In this document: positions 49,401 through 60,100 of the stretch, one piece after another
Position numbering within the stretch: the first letter of the stretch is position 1
Layout: each line of letters starts with the position of its first letter
Assembly: GCA_964016885.1 (NCBI GenBank)
Contig: OZ024740.1
Coordinates: 352,284,001-352,348,000, forward strand
Length of the DNA stretch: 64,000 bases
Source: Eledone cirrhosa
Lineage: Eukaryota
Reading direction: 5' to 3'
Notes under the pieces: generated by a model
What the model saw: the letters and a program-made list of their open reading frames with translations, nothing else
What the model was told of the DNA's origin: nothing
Database searches by the model: none
Position numbers and translations under genes: made by a program

Positions 49401-50925
49401 TTGACTTGACAAAGGCCTTTGACACTGTCAATTGAACTGCGTTGTGGGAAAAAAATCCAAGGTAGGGTAGAAGATTCTGCATCTTTTCTATGATGACATG
49501 AAGGCTTTGGTCAGTATTGGTGGTAGCATCTCTGAACCAATATCAGTTGAAAATGGAATGAAGCAGGGGGACATTCCGGCTCCAACTCTGTTTTCCTTAT
49601 ATTTTACGATAGTGTTTCTCATGGCATTCAAATATTGTTCTCATGGGGTTTACATCAGGTATCGCACTTCAGGAAGGTTGTTCAACACCAGGCGCTTTGG
49701 TACAAGCACAAAAGTATTAACATCTATAATCCGAGAGTTTTTGTATGCAGACGACTGTGATCTTTTTGCACACTCACAAAGTGACATGCAGCATATTATG
49801 AACTCTTTTTCTGCAGCTTGCAGCACTTTGGGCGTCACAATAAGCTTGGAAAAGACTGTTGTGATGTATCAGGAAACGAGTACACTGCACCAAGTGTGTA
49901 CGTGTACGGAAAGAGGCTAAAAGTTGCTGACAAGTTTGTTTACCTTGGTAGTACGTTGAACACTTCATGCACACATGATAATGAAATATCCTTAAGAATC
50001 AAGAAAGCCAGTGATGCTTTTGGACGGCTGCATCAACGTTTATGGTCCAGACGAGGTATCACTATCAAAACCAAGGTGAAAGTGTATCTGACTTGTGTCG
50101 TCTCCTCTTTACTTTATGTTTGTGAAACGTGGGTCATATACAGAAAGCACCTCAAGGATCTGGAGAGATTTCACCAACACTCTCTTCATAAGTTACTTGG
50201 GGTGTGGTGGAAAATGTTCGCCAGTGATTTGGAAGTTCTAGAACGGAGCAGGTGCGTGACTATAGAGAGCATAATCTTTCGGTATCGGTTGAGGTGGTGC
50301 AGTCACGTGGTCCGGATGTCTGATGATCGTATTCCAAAGCAACTTCTCTATGGAGAACTGTGTGAAGGAAGGAGACCACCATATAAACCAAAAAGGCGGT
50401 ACCGGGACTGTGTCAGGGGCACCTTGGCTTGTGCTCTAATTTCATCTGACGAATGGGAGAAAATGGCTGACGAGCGTGTGAAGTGGAGACGTTTGATCAA
50501 GTCAGGTGGTGAACACTTTGAAACTCGTCGGAGAGAACACCTAACACTGAAAAGGAAGGTGAAGATTGAGACTGTTCTGAACTGCCTGCTGTTGAACATC
50601 ATCTGGTTTGCCAGCACTGTGGTCGAGTCAGCCTGAGCAAAGTTGGTTTGATTAGACATGAACAAAGTCATATCAGTACACCTCCTGTAGATCATGATCT
50701 GAAAAGGTGTAAGAAATGTACAAGCATGGGAGGTCTTAAAAGATACATGTGAACATACAGCCAGAACAAAGCAATGGAAGGTTTCGGGGGAGCCTAAAGT
50801 TGCCATGTATGTGCCAGAGGGTGCAAGTATTTGGCTGGTTTAAAGAGTCACATTTGTGCTTCACATTTTTGAACATTTTATCGGGCGATGGCAATACTTG
50901 AACACGAGTTTTCAGCCATCATGTA
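46430..50925 (+). mobile_element. Decayed RTE-BovB-like LINE, split by the LTR element at 46525-48550
   Basis: DSFDE|NDQEVKALLDRK reads through once the insertion is removed. Also LPESQCGFR, FVDLTKAFDTV, KQGDIPAPTLF, LYADDC, RIPKQLLYGEL. Confidence 0.92.
46525..48550 (-). mobile_element. Young non-autonomous LTR retrotransposon (Gypsy-like; TRIM/LARD type)
   Basis: 352-bp LTRs at 46525-46876 and 48199-48550 with only 2 differences seen; TG...TA ends; 4-bp TSD AGAA; PBS TGGTGACCCCGA (48185-48196, tRNA-Trp); PPT-like TGGCGGGAGATAA; 1322-bp interior without a long ORF. Confidence 0.92.
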
Positions 50926-50929
50926 GTAT

Positions 50930-51545
50930 GTATGTCGGGTCACTCTTGAGTGCTATTGGTAACATGTAACCCAGTACAACCTGTCGCATGGTCGGGTCGT
51001 CGGCGACTAAACCGGCAACCCCACCAAGTTTACTTGGTGAGGAGGGTGATTTGGGACATCCTGCAGGACAAAAAACAAAACCTGACAAAGGGCGGAAGAT
51101 CTCATAAGAGTCAACAGCCATCCAAAAGTGTGTAAACATGTACATATGTATGTATATGTATATATACATGGGTGCATGTGTATGTACATGCACAGGGACA
51201 TAGAAATAATCGGGCTGGACACCCGATCGCGCAGTAAACCACTGGGAGTGAAGGACCCCTAGCCTTTGTCAGGGCATTCTTCTAGGAGAAGGCAACTCAG
51301 GAAACTGGGATAACTCTGATATAAAACCTGCGGCTCAGTAGTTACCGATGATGTTGATATTTTCTTCTTTTCGGGTTATAGCTACTGTCGCTCAGAGAGT
51401 GGGATTGGCTCAGTGCATAGTCTTTCCTCATTTAAAAAAAATCTTCATGCACAGGCATTGCACGATAGAATTAATTAATAATTATTAATAATGGTATATC
51501 GTGCAATGGCCATACTCGATAACGAGGAGGCAGCCATCATGTATG
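50930..51545 (+). mobile_element. Bipartite non-autonomous RTE derivative (5' UTR + 3' tail)
   Basis: RTE 5'-UTR-like motif tctaggagaaggcaactc..aaacc. 3' end atggccatactcgataacgaggaggcagccatcatgta resembles the adjacent LINE tail atggcaatacttgaacacgagttttcagccatcatgta. Confidence 0.6.
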
Positions 51546-51551
51546 CATGTA

Positions 51552-51611
<60 letters not shown>

Positions 51612-51739
51612 CATGTGGGTGTGTATATATATATCTCCATATACATATTTATTCAGCTGATATAGGCTGGATTGGTTGGAATATCCTGACGCGAATTCTT
51701 TCTGCTCTGTTAAATCGAAACAAATCTTGACTTTTTATT

Positions 51740-52400
51740 TGAGGTTTTCTATATAAGAGACCGGGAGACCATGTTGATACTATGAAGGCCATTTGTCCTA
51801 AGCCGCCTGGACTATTGCTCCCAGCTGTGGTCACCCCATAGTATCAAACTAACCACGGAACTTGAGACAATCCAACGAAGCTACACCAAGAGGATTGCAC
51901 GATGAAGGAGATGAGCTACTGGGAGAGGCTAAAAGAACTGAAACTCTACTCCTTGGAATGAAGACAGGACGAGATACGCAGTGATATACATATGGAAAAT
52001 CCTGGAGGGACTAGCGCCAAACTTTGGTATTGAGAGTGGGACCAACCCCCGAACAGGACGTCACTGTGTGGTGACAAAGGTCCCGTCTTCCACATCTAGA
52101 ACAAGAAGCAGATATTGCAATAGACTGGGGTTCAAAGGCCCTCAACTCTTCAACAAACTGCCGAGGGATTTGAGAGATCTACATGGTGTGGCCGTGGATA
52201 TTTTCAAGAAACTTCTCAACACCCTGTTAGCCAGGATCCCGGATGAGCCCACATCACGGTACGAAGGTAACCTAAGGGCAGCAGCAACGAACTCCCTCTT
52301 ACATCAATGACCAGCCAACACAGGCTGGAGATAGAATGTGTAGCAACAAGGGCAGTGCCCAATCATGGTCTCAGCCAGATGGCTGGAACAGCTAAAAGAG
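51740..52400 (+). mobile_element. CR1/L2-group LINE 3' end (an inverted fragment of the same family at 55180-55463)
   Basis: RLDYCSQLWSP, MSYWERLKELKLYSLE, IYIWKILEGLAPN, GPQLFNKLP, IPDEP. Confidence 0.85.
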
Positions 52401-52659
52401 TATATATATATATATTTAATATAGAAATGGCTTCAACGGGACTAGAACTGTTTCATTCGGAGGAAATCATCAGAAAAGCCGACTGTCAATGTAATATGGT
52501 GGTATTTATACATTTTCTGGTGGTAGGGGAGGGTAGTAAATTGATGCTAAGTAGACAAACACATACACACTGACAGCACTCCTAATTTTCAAGATTCATT
52601 TATTCCAAACAAAGGATTTTCATTGAGTGGCAATATTAAAATGCTCTGCTAAAAGATAT

Positions 52660-52682
52660 AAATATGTATGTGTGTGTTTGTG

Positions 52683-52717
<35 letters not shown>

Positions 52718-52752
52718 TTGTGTATACATATATATATATATGTGTGTTTGTG

Positions 52753-52785
<33 letters not shown>

Positions 52786-52825
52786 TTGTGTGTATATATA
52801 TATGTGTGATGTGTGTGTGTGTGCA
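52660..52825. repeat. (TA)n/(TG)n compound microsatellite (a similar tract at 51545-51630)
   Basis: Seen directly; explains the cluster of spurious ORFs here. Confidence 0.95.
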
Positions 52826-53650
52826 AATTTCAATAATATTAAGACACCCTAATGGGGGTTAAACGCCCTATAGTGAAAAGTTTGGCCAATAAATGGAACA
52901 AGATTTTACAAACTCCTCCTATGGTTTTGGAGATAGACCCCCAAAACCATATATATTCTGAAACTACATTGCCCAGGGTACTTGTATAAGTATATTTCAT
53001 TTTAATCAAAGGGTTCATCGGGGCCACAAAACCGCCGCTGAAACTTTACCTTCAATTTATATGAAATTTAAACCATAGGTAAATGACAAGATATGATGCC
53101 TATTCACATCATTTCAGCAAATTTCAATAAAATTACAATACCCTAATGGGGTTTAAACCCCCTATTAGGGTTCACCAGGGGGCACAAAATCCCCGCTGAA
53201 AATTTTTTTGGTTCGATTTATATGCAATTTAAACCATAGATAAATGAAGAGATATGATGCCTATTCACAAAATTTCAATACTATAAGATACCTTAATGGT
53301 GGTTAAACCCCCTATTAGGGTTCCCCGGGGGTACAAACCCCCGCTGAAAACGTTTCCCTTTCGATTTATATGAAACTTAAACCATAGGTCAATGACAAGA
53401 TATGATGCCTATTCAATAAAGTTTTCAATTGATATTTTGAAAAAAGTTATTTACAAGAATAAGATTTAATAATGCAATTTTGATTTGATATATTACAAAA
53501 AATGATGTTTTCCAATTTTTCATGCATTATATTTTACATTGAGTAATATTGAGTTTTTCTCCATAAATTATATCACTGATTTAAAATCAATCATCATTTT
53601 CTTACAAAAAAAATGTGTGAAACGCAGCAAGGCGCTGGTAATCCGGCTAG
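52825..53650 (+). mobile_element. Probable non-autonomous Helitron with three ~150-bp internal repeats
   Basis: 3' hairpin CAGCAAGGCGCTG followed by CTAG|T; repeats carry the palindrome ccctaatggggtttaaaccccctattaggg. Confidence 0.6.
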
Positions 53651-53689
53651 TATATATATGTGAGTGTGTGTGTATATATATGTATGTGT

Positions 53690-54680
53690 GTGTGCTCATT
53701 ATGTAGGAGAGGTGTAGGTAGAAACTCCATCCTCTGCCCCATATGCAAACTATGGGTACACAAGAGATGTAGTGGGATCTCAGGAAGTTTAGTTAAGAAT
53801 GTAGGCTTTACATGTAGCAGTTGCACCAGGACAGTAAGCAGAAAACAATCACTGAAAACAAGTGACATCAAAGTCTGGAAGGACTTGGTAAAAACAATAC
53901 CGAATTAGCAGCGGAGGGGGGGGGGGTTCTGAAAGAACGGGATGGAAGAAGTTGAGGGAGCTACTGCCACAGCTGGATACAAAAGGCTTTTCCCTCAGAA
54001 TAAAAGGTAGACTGTATGATGTGTGCATATGAAAGGCAATGTTGCATGGTAGTGAGAGCTGGGCGCTGTGTGTAGAAGACTTGCGTAGATTAGAAAGGAA
54101 TGAAGCTTGTATGCTCCGATGGATGTGTAATAGTAATATACGCGAACAGCAAAGCATAAACAAACTGAAAGAGAAACTAGGCATAAGAGGAATCAAATGT
54201 TGTGTGCAGGAGAGGAGATTATGTTGGTATGGACATGTGATTCGTATAAAGGATGACAGCTACATAAAGTCCCAGAAAGACTTGAGATGAAGTGATAAAA
54301 GCCGACCTTGCCCAATTGCACCTCTGAAAGACAATGACACAGGACCAAGATCTCTGGCGTTATGAGGTAATACAGAAACCCCAACTTCCCACGGGCCCAG
54401 GCCAAGGCTGAACATACATACAGTATGCACTACTCCATCCCACCCACCAATATACCTTTCATGAGAACAGGCCGAAACACTGTAAAGTGGTCGCGATGGT
54501 GACACAGTAAAAAACACCCAGTCCACACTGTAAAGTAGTCGTGGAGGAATCACAACAAAAAACACCCAGTACTCACTGTAAATGAGCTTGGCATTAGGAA
54601 GGGCATCCAGCTGTAGAAACCAAGCCAAAATCAGTTCTTTATGAGCAAGATATGGTCACCTGACCTAACATTGCCAACAA
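53690..54680 (+). mobile_element. RTE LINE 3' portion, same family as 30670-32250
   Basis: CSLCRRGVGRNSILCPICKLWVHKRC, MLHGSESW, RRLCWYGHV, then the 3'-UTR subrepeats. Confidence 0.88.
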
Positions 54681-54685
54681 TAGAA

Positions 54686-55060
54686 GGCACATGGCTCAGT
54701 GGTTAGAGCATTAGGCTTGCAATTGAAAGGTTGTGAGTTTAATTCTCGGACCGGGTGATGTGTTGTTTCCTTGAGCAAGACACTTTATTTCACATTGCTC
54801 CAGTTTACTCAGCTGTAGAAATGAGATGATAGGACTGGGGTCCCTATCATTCCACTGCAAAGTGGTCGTGGAGGTGCCACGGCAAAAAAAAAAACACCCA
54901 GCACTCACTGTAAATGTGGTTGGTGTTAGGAAGGGCATCCAGCTGTAGAAATCAAGACAGAATCAGTTCCCATATGAGCAAGACAAGGTCAGCCGACCGG
55001 ACACTGCCCACAACAGGACAACCCATGCTAGCGTAGAACTGACATAAAATGATGATGATG
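54686..55060 (+). mobile_element. tRNA-derived SINE family B (CORE/V-like centre + RTE 3' tail)
   Basis: A box TGGCTCAGTGG, B-box-like GAGTTTAATTC, CCTTGAGCAAGACACTT core, RTE-type tail ending (GAT)n. Confidence 0.8.
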
Positions 55061-55464
55061 AAATATAACAGAGTTTTATAGCTTGCTTGAAGCATTGATG
55101 AATAGGAAACACAAATTTAAATTTTGAAAACCTAGTTGAGGGCCTTTGAACCCCAGGCTATTGCAATAGCTGCTCTAGATTCTAGATGTGGAAGACGGGA
55201 CCTTTGGTACCACACAGTGACATCCTGTTCGAGAATTGGTCCAGCTCTCGATGCGAAAGTTTGATCTTAGTCCCCCCAGGATTTTCCATATGTATATCAT
55301 TGCATATCTCTCCTGTCTTCATTCCGAGGAGTAGAGTTTCAGTTCTTTTAGACTCTCCCAGTAGTTTATCTCCATCGTGGCAACCTTCTTGGTGTAGCTT
55401 CCTTGGATTGCTTCAAGCTCCATGGTTAGTTTGATACTATGGGGGTGACCACAGCTGGGAGCAT

Positions 55465-56200
55465 TCATCATCATTTCATTTTACGTCCACTTTTTCCCTG
55501 CTTGCAAGGGTGGGACGGGAACTGATTCTGGCTTGATTTCTACAGCTGGATGCCCTTCCTAACACCAACCTCATTTACAGTGAGTGCTGGGTGCTTTTTT
55601 TCCCCGTGGCACCTCCACATCCACTTTACAGTGTGGGCTGGGTTCTTTTTTTCCCTGTGGCACCTCCACGACCACTTTGCAGTGGAATGATAGGGACCCC
55701 AGTCCTATCATCTCATTTCTACAGCTGAGTAAACTAGAGCAATGTGAAATAAAGTGTCTTGCTCAAGGAAACAACACATCACCCGGTGTGAGATTTGAAC
55801 TCACAACCTTTCGATTCCAAGGCCAATGCTCTCAATCCGTATGTATATATATATATAGTGGAGGCACATGGCTTAGTGGTTAGAGCATTGGCCTTGCAAT
55901 CGAAAGGTTGTGACTTCAATTCTCAGATCGGGTGATGGGTTGTTTCCTTGAGCAAGACACTTTATTTCACATTGCTCCAGTTTACTCAGCTGTAGAAATG
56001 AGATGATAGGGACTGGGATCCATATCATTCCACTGCAAAGTGGTCGTGGAGGTGCCACGGCAAAAAAAGCACCCAGCACTCACTGTAAATGAGGTTGGTG
56101 TTAGGAAGGGCATCCAGCTGTAGAAATCAAGCCAGCATCAGTTCCCGTCCCACCCTTGCAAGCAGGGAAAAAGCAGACGTAAAATGAAATGATGATGAAA
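55465..56200. mobile_element. Two SINE family B copies head-to-head (55465-55835 minus; 55860-56200 plus)
   Basis: Highly similar reverse-complement copies separated by a short TA-rich spacer. Confidence 0.85.
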
Positions 56201-56225
56201 ATGACACATATATAAACTAATATGT

Positions 56226-56262
<37 letters not shown>

Positions 56263-56389
56263 GTAATAATTGTTTCTACTTTAGGCACAAGGCCAGCAAT
56301 TACCCAGTGCATTACTGGTACTTTATTTTATCGACCCCGTAAGGATGAAAGGCAAAGTCAACCTCGGCGGGATTTGAACTCAGATCGTA

Positions 56390-57065
56390 AACTTTAATCT
56401 GTTATTTTAATCTGTTATTTTAATAAATATTTGCTCTACGGTTCTTATATATTTGATATATATTTATCCTTATCGAGCCCTCTTTGGATGTTAGTCTTCA
56501 TATATATAGTAATAATAATACATATGAAGACTAACATCCAAAGGGGGCTCGATAAGGATAAATATATATCAAATATATAAGAACCGTAGAGCAAATATTT
56601 ATTAAAATAACAGATTAAAGTTTAAGCAAAGAATCGGCTGCTTTCACCCTTAATGGGATCTTCTGAAACTAAAAAAAAAAATCAATCTGTGAACGCAGAA
56701 GTAAATATTCGAAAAACGTTGCAACCAAAGGAAGACAGGAAGACGATACTTTGGTTCATGGAGACGTAGTTTTAGGTATTTCTACCTGCTTGGTACGGGT
56801 ATCTTCTTTGTAGAAATATTCAGATGTTTCTGCATGATGAATATAAGTCAATAGAGTACTCAGTCAAGGGAGACAAATAGTAATAATAATAAATTTGAAG
56901 ACTAACATCCAAAGAGGGCTTGATAAGGATAGATATATATCAAATATATAAGAACCGTAGAGCAAATATTTATTAAAATAACAGATTAAAGAATCGGCTG
57001 CTTTCACCCTTAATGGGATATTCTGAAACTAAAAAAAATCAATCTGAACGCAGAAGTAAATATTT
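56390..57065 (-). mobile_element. Family H Penelope/retrozyme-like element: partial tandem (371-bp period) plus inverted terminal copy; hammerhead-like motif at 56619-56670 (-)
   Basis: gaagactaacatccaaag at 56526 and 56897. 56410-56502 is the reverse complement of about 56523-56620. Confidence 0.7.
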
Positions 57066-57169
57066 CTAAGCTGATCTTTCCCAAATGCACCTCTCAAGGG
57101 CAATGACACACGACCATGACCTCTGGCGTCACACAGTAATACAGAAGACCCGACTTTCCACAGGAATAT

Positions 57170-60100
57170 ATAGGCAATATTTGTTTTCCTTTGTTTTTTT
57201 ATGTCCTATCATCTAATCCGACCTCCAAAATGATTGCAATTGACTATTTTTTTAGCATATTAACAACAAATAGAATTTCCACTGCAATTAAAAATGACTA
57301 GCTTTGTAAATGCTATTTCCACCCACATCCTCCCTCTTTTTTCTACAAAGCTAGTCATTTTCATCAGGTTTCCATGTCATAACCATTGATAATATGTGCA
57401 TAAAATAGTAATTTGCAAGCACCATTTATGTCAAATTGGGTGGTAAGCACACACAAAAAAAAAAAAAAAAATGCCAAATGAAAATTTGTCACACCAAAAT
57501 CAATAGCTTGCTGTGATGTAGTATGGTGTGGTTTGGTGAAGTTTCTACAAAGATAGTCATTTTTGACAGATTTCCATGTCATAATTATTGATATGTGAAA
57601 AAAAAAAAAAAAATTTGGAAGCACCTTTAATGTCAGATTCGGTGGTAAGCACACAGAAAAAAAGAAAAGCCAACGGGAAAAACATTTTTCACACCAAGAT
57701 CAATAGCTTGGTGCGATGAAGTATGGTGTAACTTGGTTTGGTTTGGTTTGGTGAAGTTATGAAATGGAAACCAATTGTAATTAATAAATTGTAGATTAAT
57801 GTGCTGTGGTGTGCTTTATTATATGTGAGGATTTAAATTTCCACTTTGATTTATGCTAGAAAAAATATTTTTCCTCTATTTTTGCACGTGCTATCAACTT
57901 CCAAGAAGCTCGCAGTGGACTATGCTTTTAGCATATTAACAAAAAATATGACTTCCGCTGCAATAAAAAATGACTAGCTTTGTAAATGTTATTTCCACCC
58001 ACATCCTCCCTCTTTTTTCTACAAAGCTAGTCATTTTCATCAGGTTTCCATGTCCTAACCATTGATAATATGTGCATAAAATAGTAATTTGCGAGCACCT
58101 TTTATGTCAAATTGGGTGGTAAGTACAATAAAAAAAAAAAAATGCCAGATGGAAATTTGTAACACCAAAATCAATATCTTGGCGTGATGTAGTATGGTGT
58201 GATTTGGTGAAGTTTCTACAAAGATATCCATTTTCGACAGGTTTCCATGTCATAATTATTGATAAGTGGGAAAAAAATAATCGATTGGGAGCAACTTTAA
58301 TGTCCGATTGGGTGGTAAGCACACAAAAAAAAAAAAAAGGAAACGGGAAGAACATTTTTCACACCAAGATCAATAGCTTGGTGTGATGCAGTATGGTGTA
58401 ACTTGGTATGGTGTAGTTTGGTTTGGTTTACTTATGAAATGGAAACCAATTGTAAACGATAGATTCCCATGTCATATTCATTGATAATGTGTGGGAAAAT
58501 AGTCATTTGCAAGCACCTTTGATGTTAGTTTGAGGTGGTAACCACAAAAAAAAAAGAGCAGGTAGCAAATTTGTCATATTGATGTCCATACCATGGTGTG
58601 ATGTAAATGGTATGAGTAAGTGTTCTGTAATAAATTTACCATATAGTGAAGTATGGTTATGGTGTGGATTGGGGTAGATTAATGTGCTGTGGTGTGCTTT
58701 ATTATATGTGAGGATTTAAATTTCCACTTTGATTTATGTTAGAAAAAATATTTTTCCTCTATTTTTGCACGTGCTATCAACTTCCAAGAAGCTCGCAGTG
58801 GACTATGCTTTTAGCATATTAACAAAAAATATGACTTCCGCTGCAATAAAAAATGACTAGCTTTGTAAATGTTATTTCCACCCACATCCTCCCTCTTTTT
58901 TCTACAAAGCTAGTCATTTTCATCAGGTTTCCATGTCATAACCATTGATAATATGTGCATAAAATAGTAATTTGCGAGCACCTTTTATGTCAAATTGGGT
59001 GGTAAGTACAATAAAAAAAAAAAAATGCCAGATGGAAATTTGTAACACCAAAATCAATATCTTGGCGTGATGTAGTATGGTGTGATTTGGTGAAGTTTCT
59101 ACAAAGATATCCATTTTCGACAGGTTTCCATGTCATAATTATTGATAAGTGGGAAAAAAATAATCGATTGGGAGCAACTTTAATGTCCGATTGGGTGGTA
59201 AGCACACAAAAAAAAAAAAAAGGAAACGGGAAGAACATTTTTCACACCAAGATCAATAGCTTGGTGTGATGCAGTATGGTGTAACTTGGTATGGTGTAGT
59301 TTGGTTTGGTTTACTTATGAAATGGAAACCAATTGTAAACGATAGATTCCCATGTCATATTCATTGATAATGTGTGGGAAAATAGTCATTTGCAAGCACC
59401 TTTGATGTTAGTTTGAGGTGGTAACCACAAAAAAAAAAGAGCAGGTAGCAAATTTGTCATATTGATGTCCATACCATGGTGTGATGTAAATGGTATGAGT
59501 AAGTGTTCTGTAATAAATTTACCATATAGTGAAGTATGGTTATGGTGTGGATTGGGGTAGATTAATGTGCTGTGGTGTGCTTTGTTATAAGTGAGGATTT
59601 AAATTTCCACTTTGATTTATGTTAGAAAAAATATTTTTCCTTCATTTTTGCACGTGCTATCAACTTCCTAGAAGCTCGCAGTGGACTATGCTTTTAGCAT
59701 ATTAACAAAAAATATGACTTCCGCTGCAATAAAAAATGACTAGCTTTGTAAATGGTATTTCCACCCACATCCTCCCTCTTTTTTCTACAAAGCTAGTCAT
59801 TTTCATCAGGTTTCCATGTCATAACCATTGATAATATGTGCATAAAATAGTAATTTGCGAGCACCTTTTATGTCAAATTGGGTGGTAAGTACAGAAAAAA
59901 AAAAAAAAAAAAAAATGCCAGATGGAAATTTGTCACACCAAAATTAATATCTTGGCGTGATGTAGTATGGTGTGATTTGGTGAAGTTTCTACAAAGATAT
60001 CCATTTTCGACAGGTTTCCATGTCATAATTATTGATAAGTGTGAAAAAAATAGTCGATTGGGAGCAACTTTAATGTCAGATTGGGTGGTAAGCGCACAAG

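Noticed and set aside
49818-50636. 272-aa ORF as an active retrotransposon protein
   Set aside because: One piece of a multiply frameshifted RTE that is also disrupted by an LTR insertion.
52620-52862. His/Thr/Tyr/Ile- or Cys/Val-rich ORFs
   Set aside because: Translations of (TA)/(TG) microsatellite.
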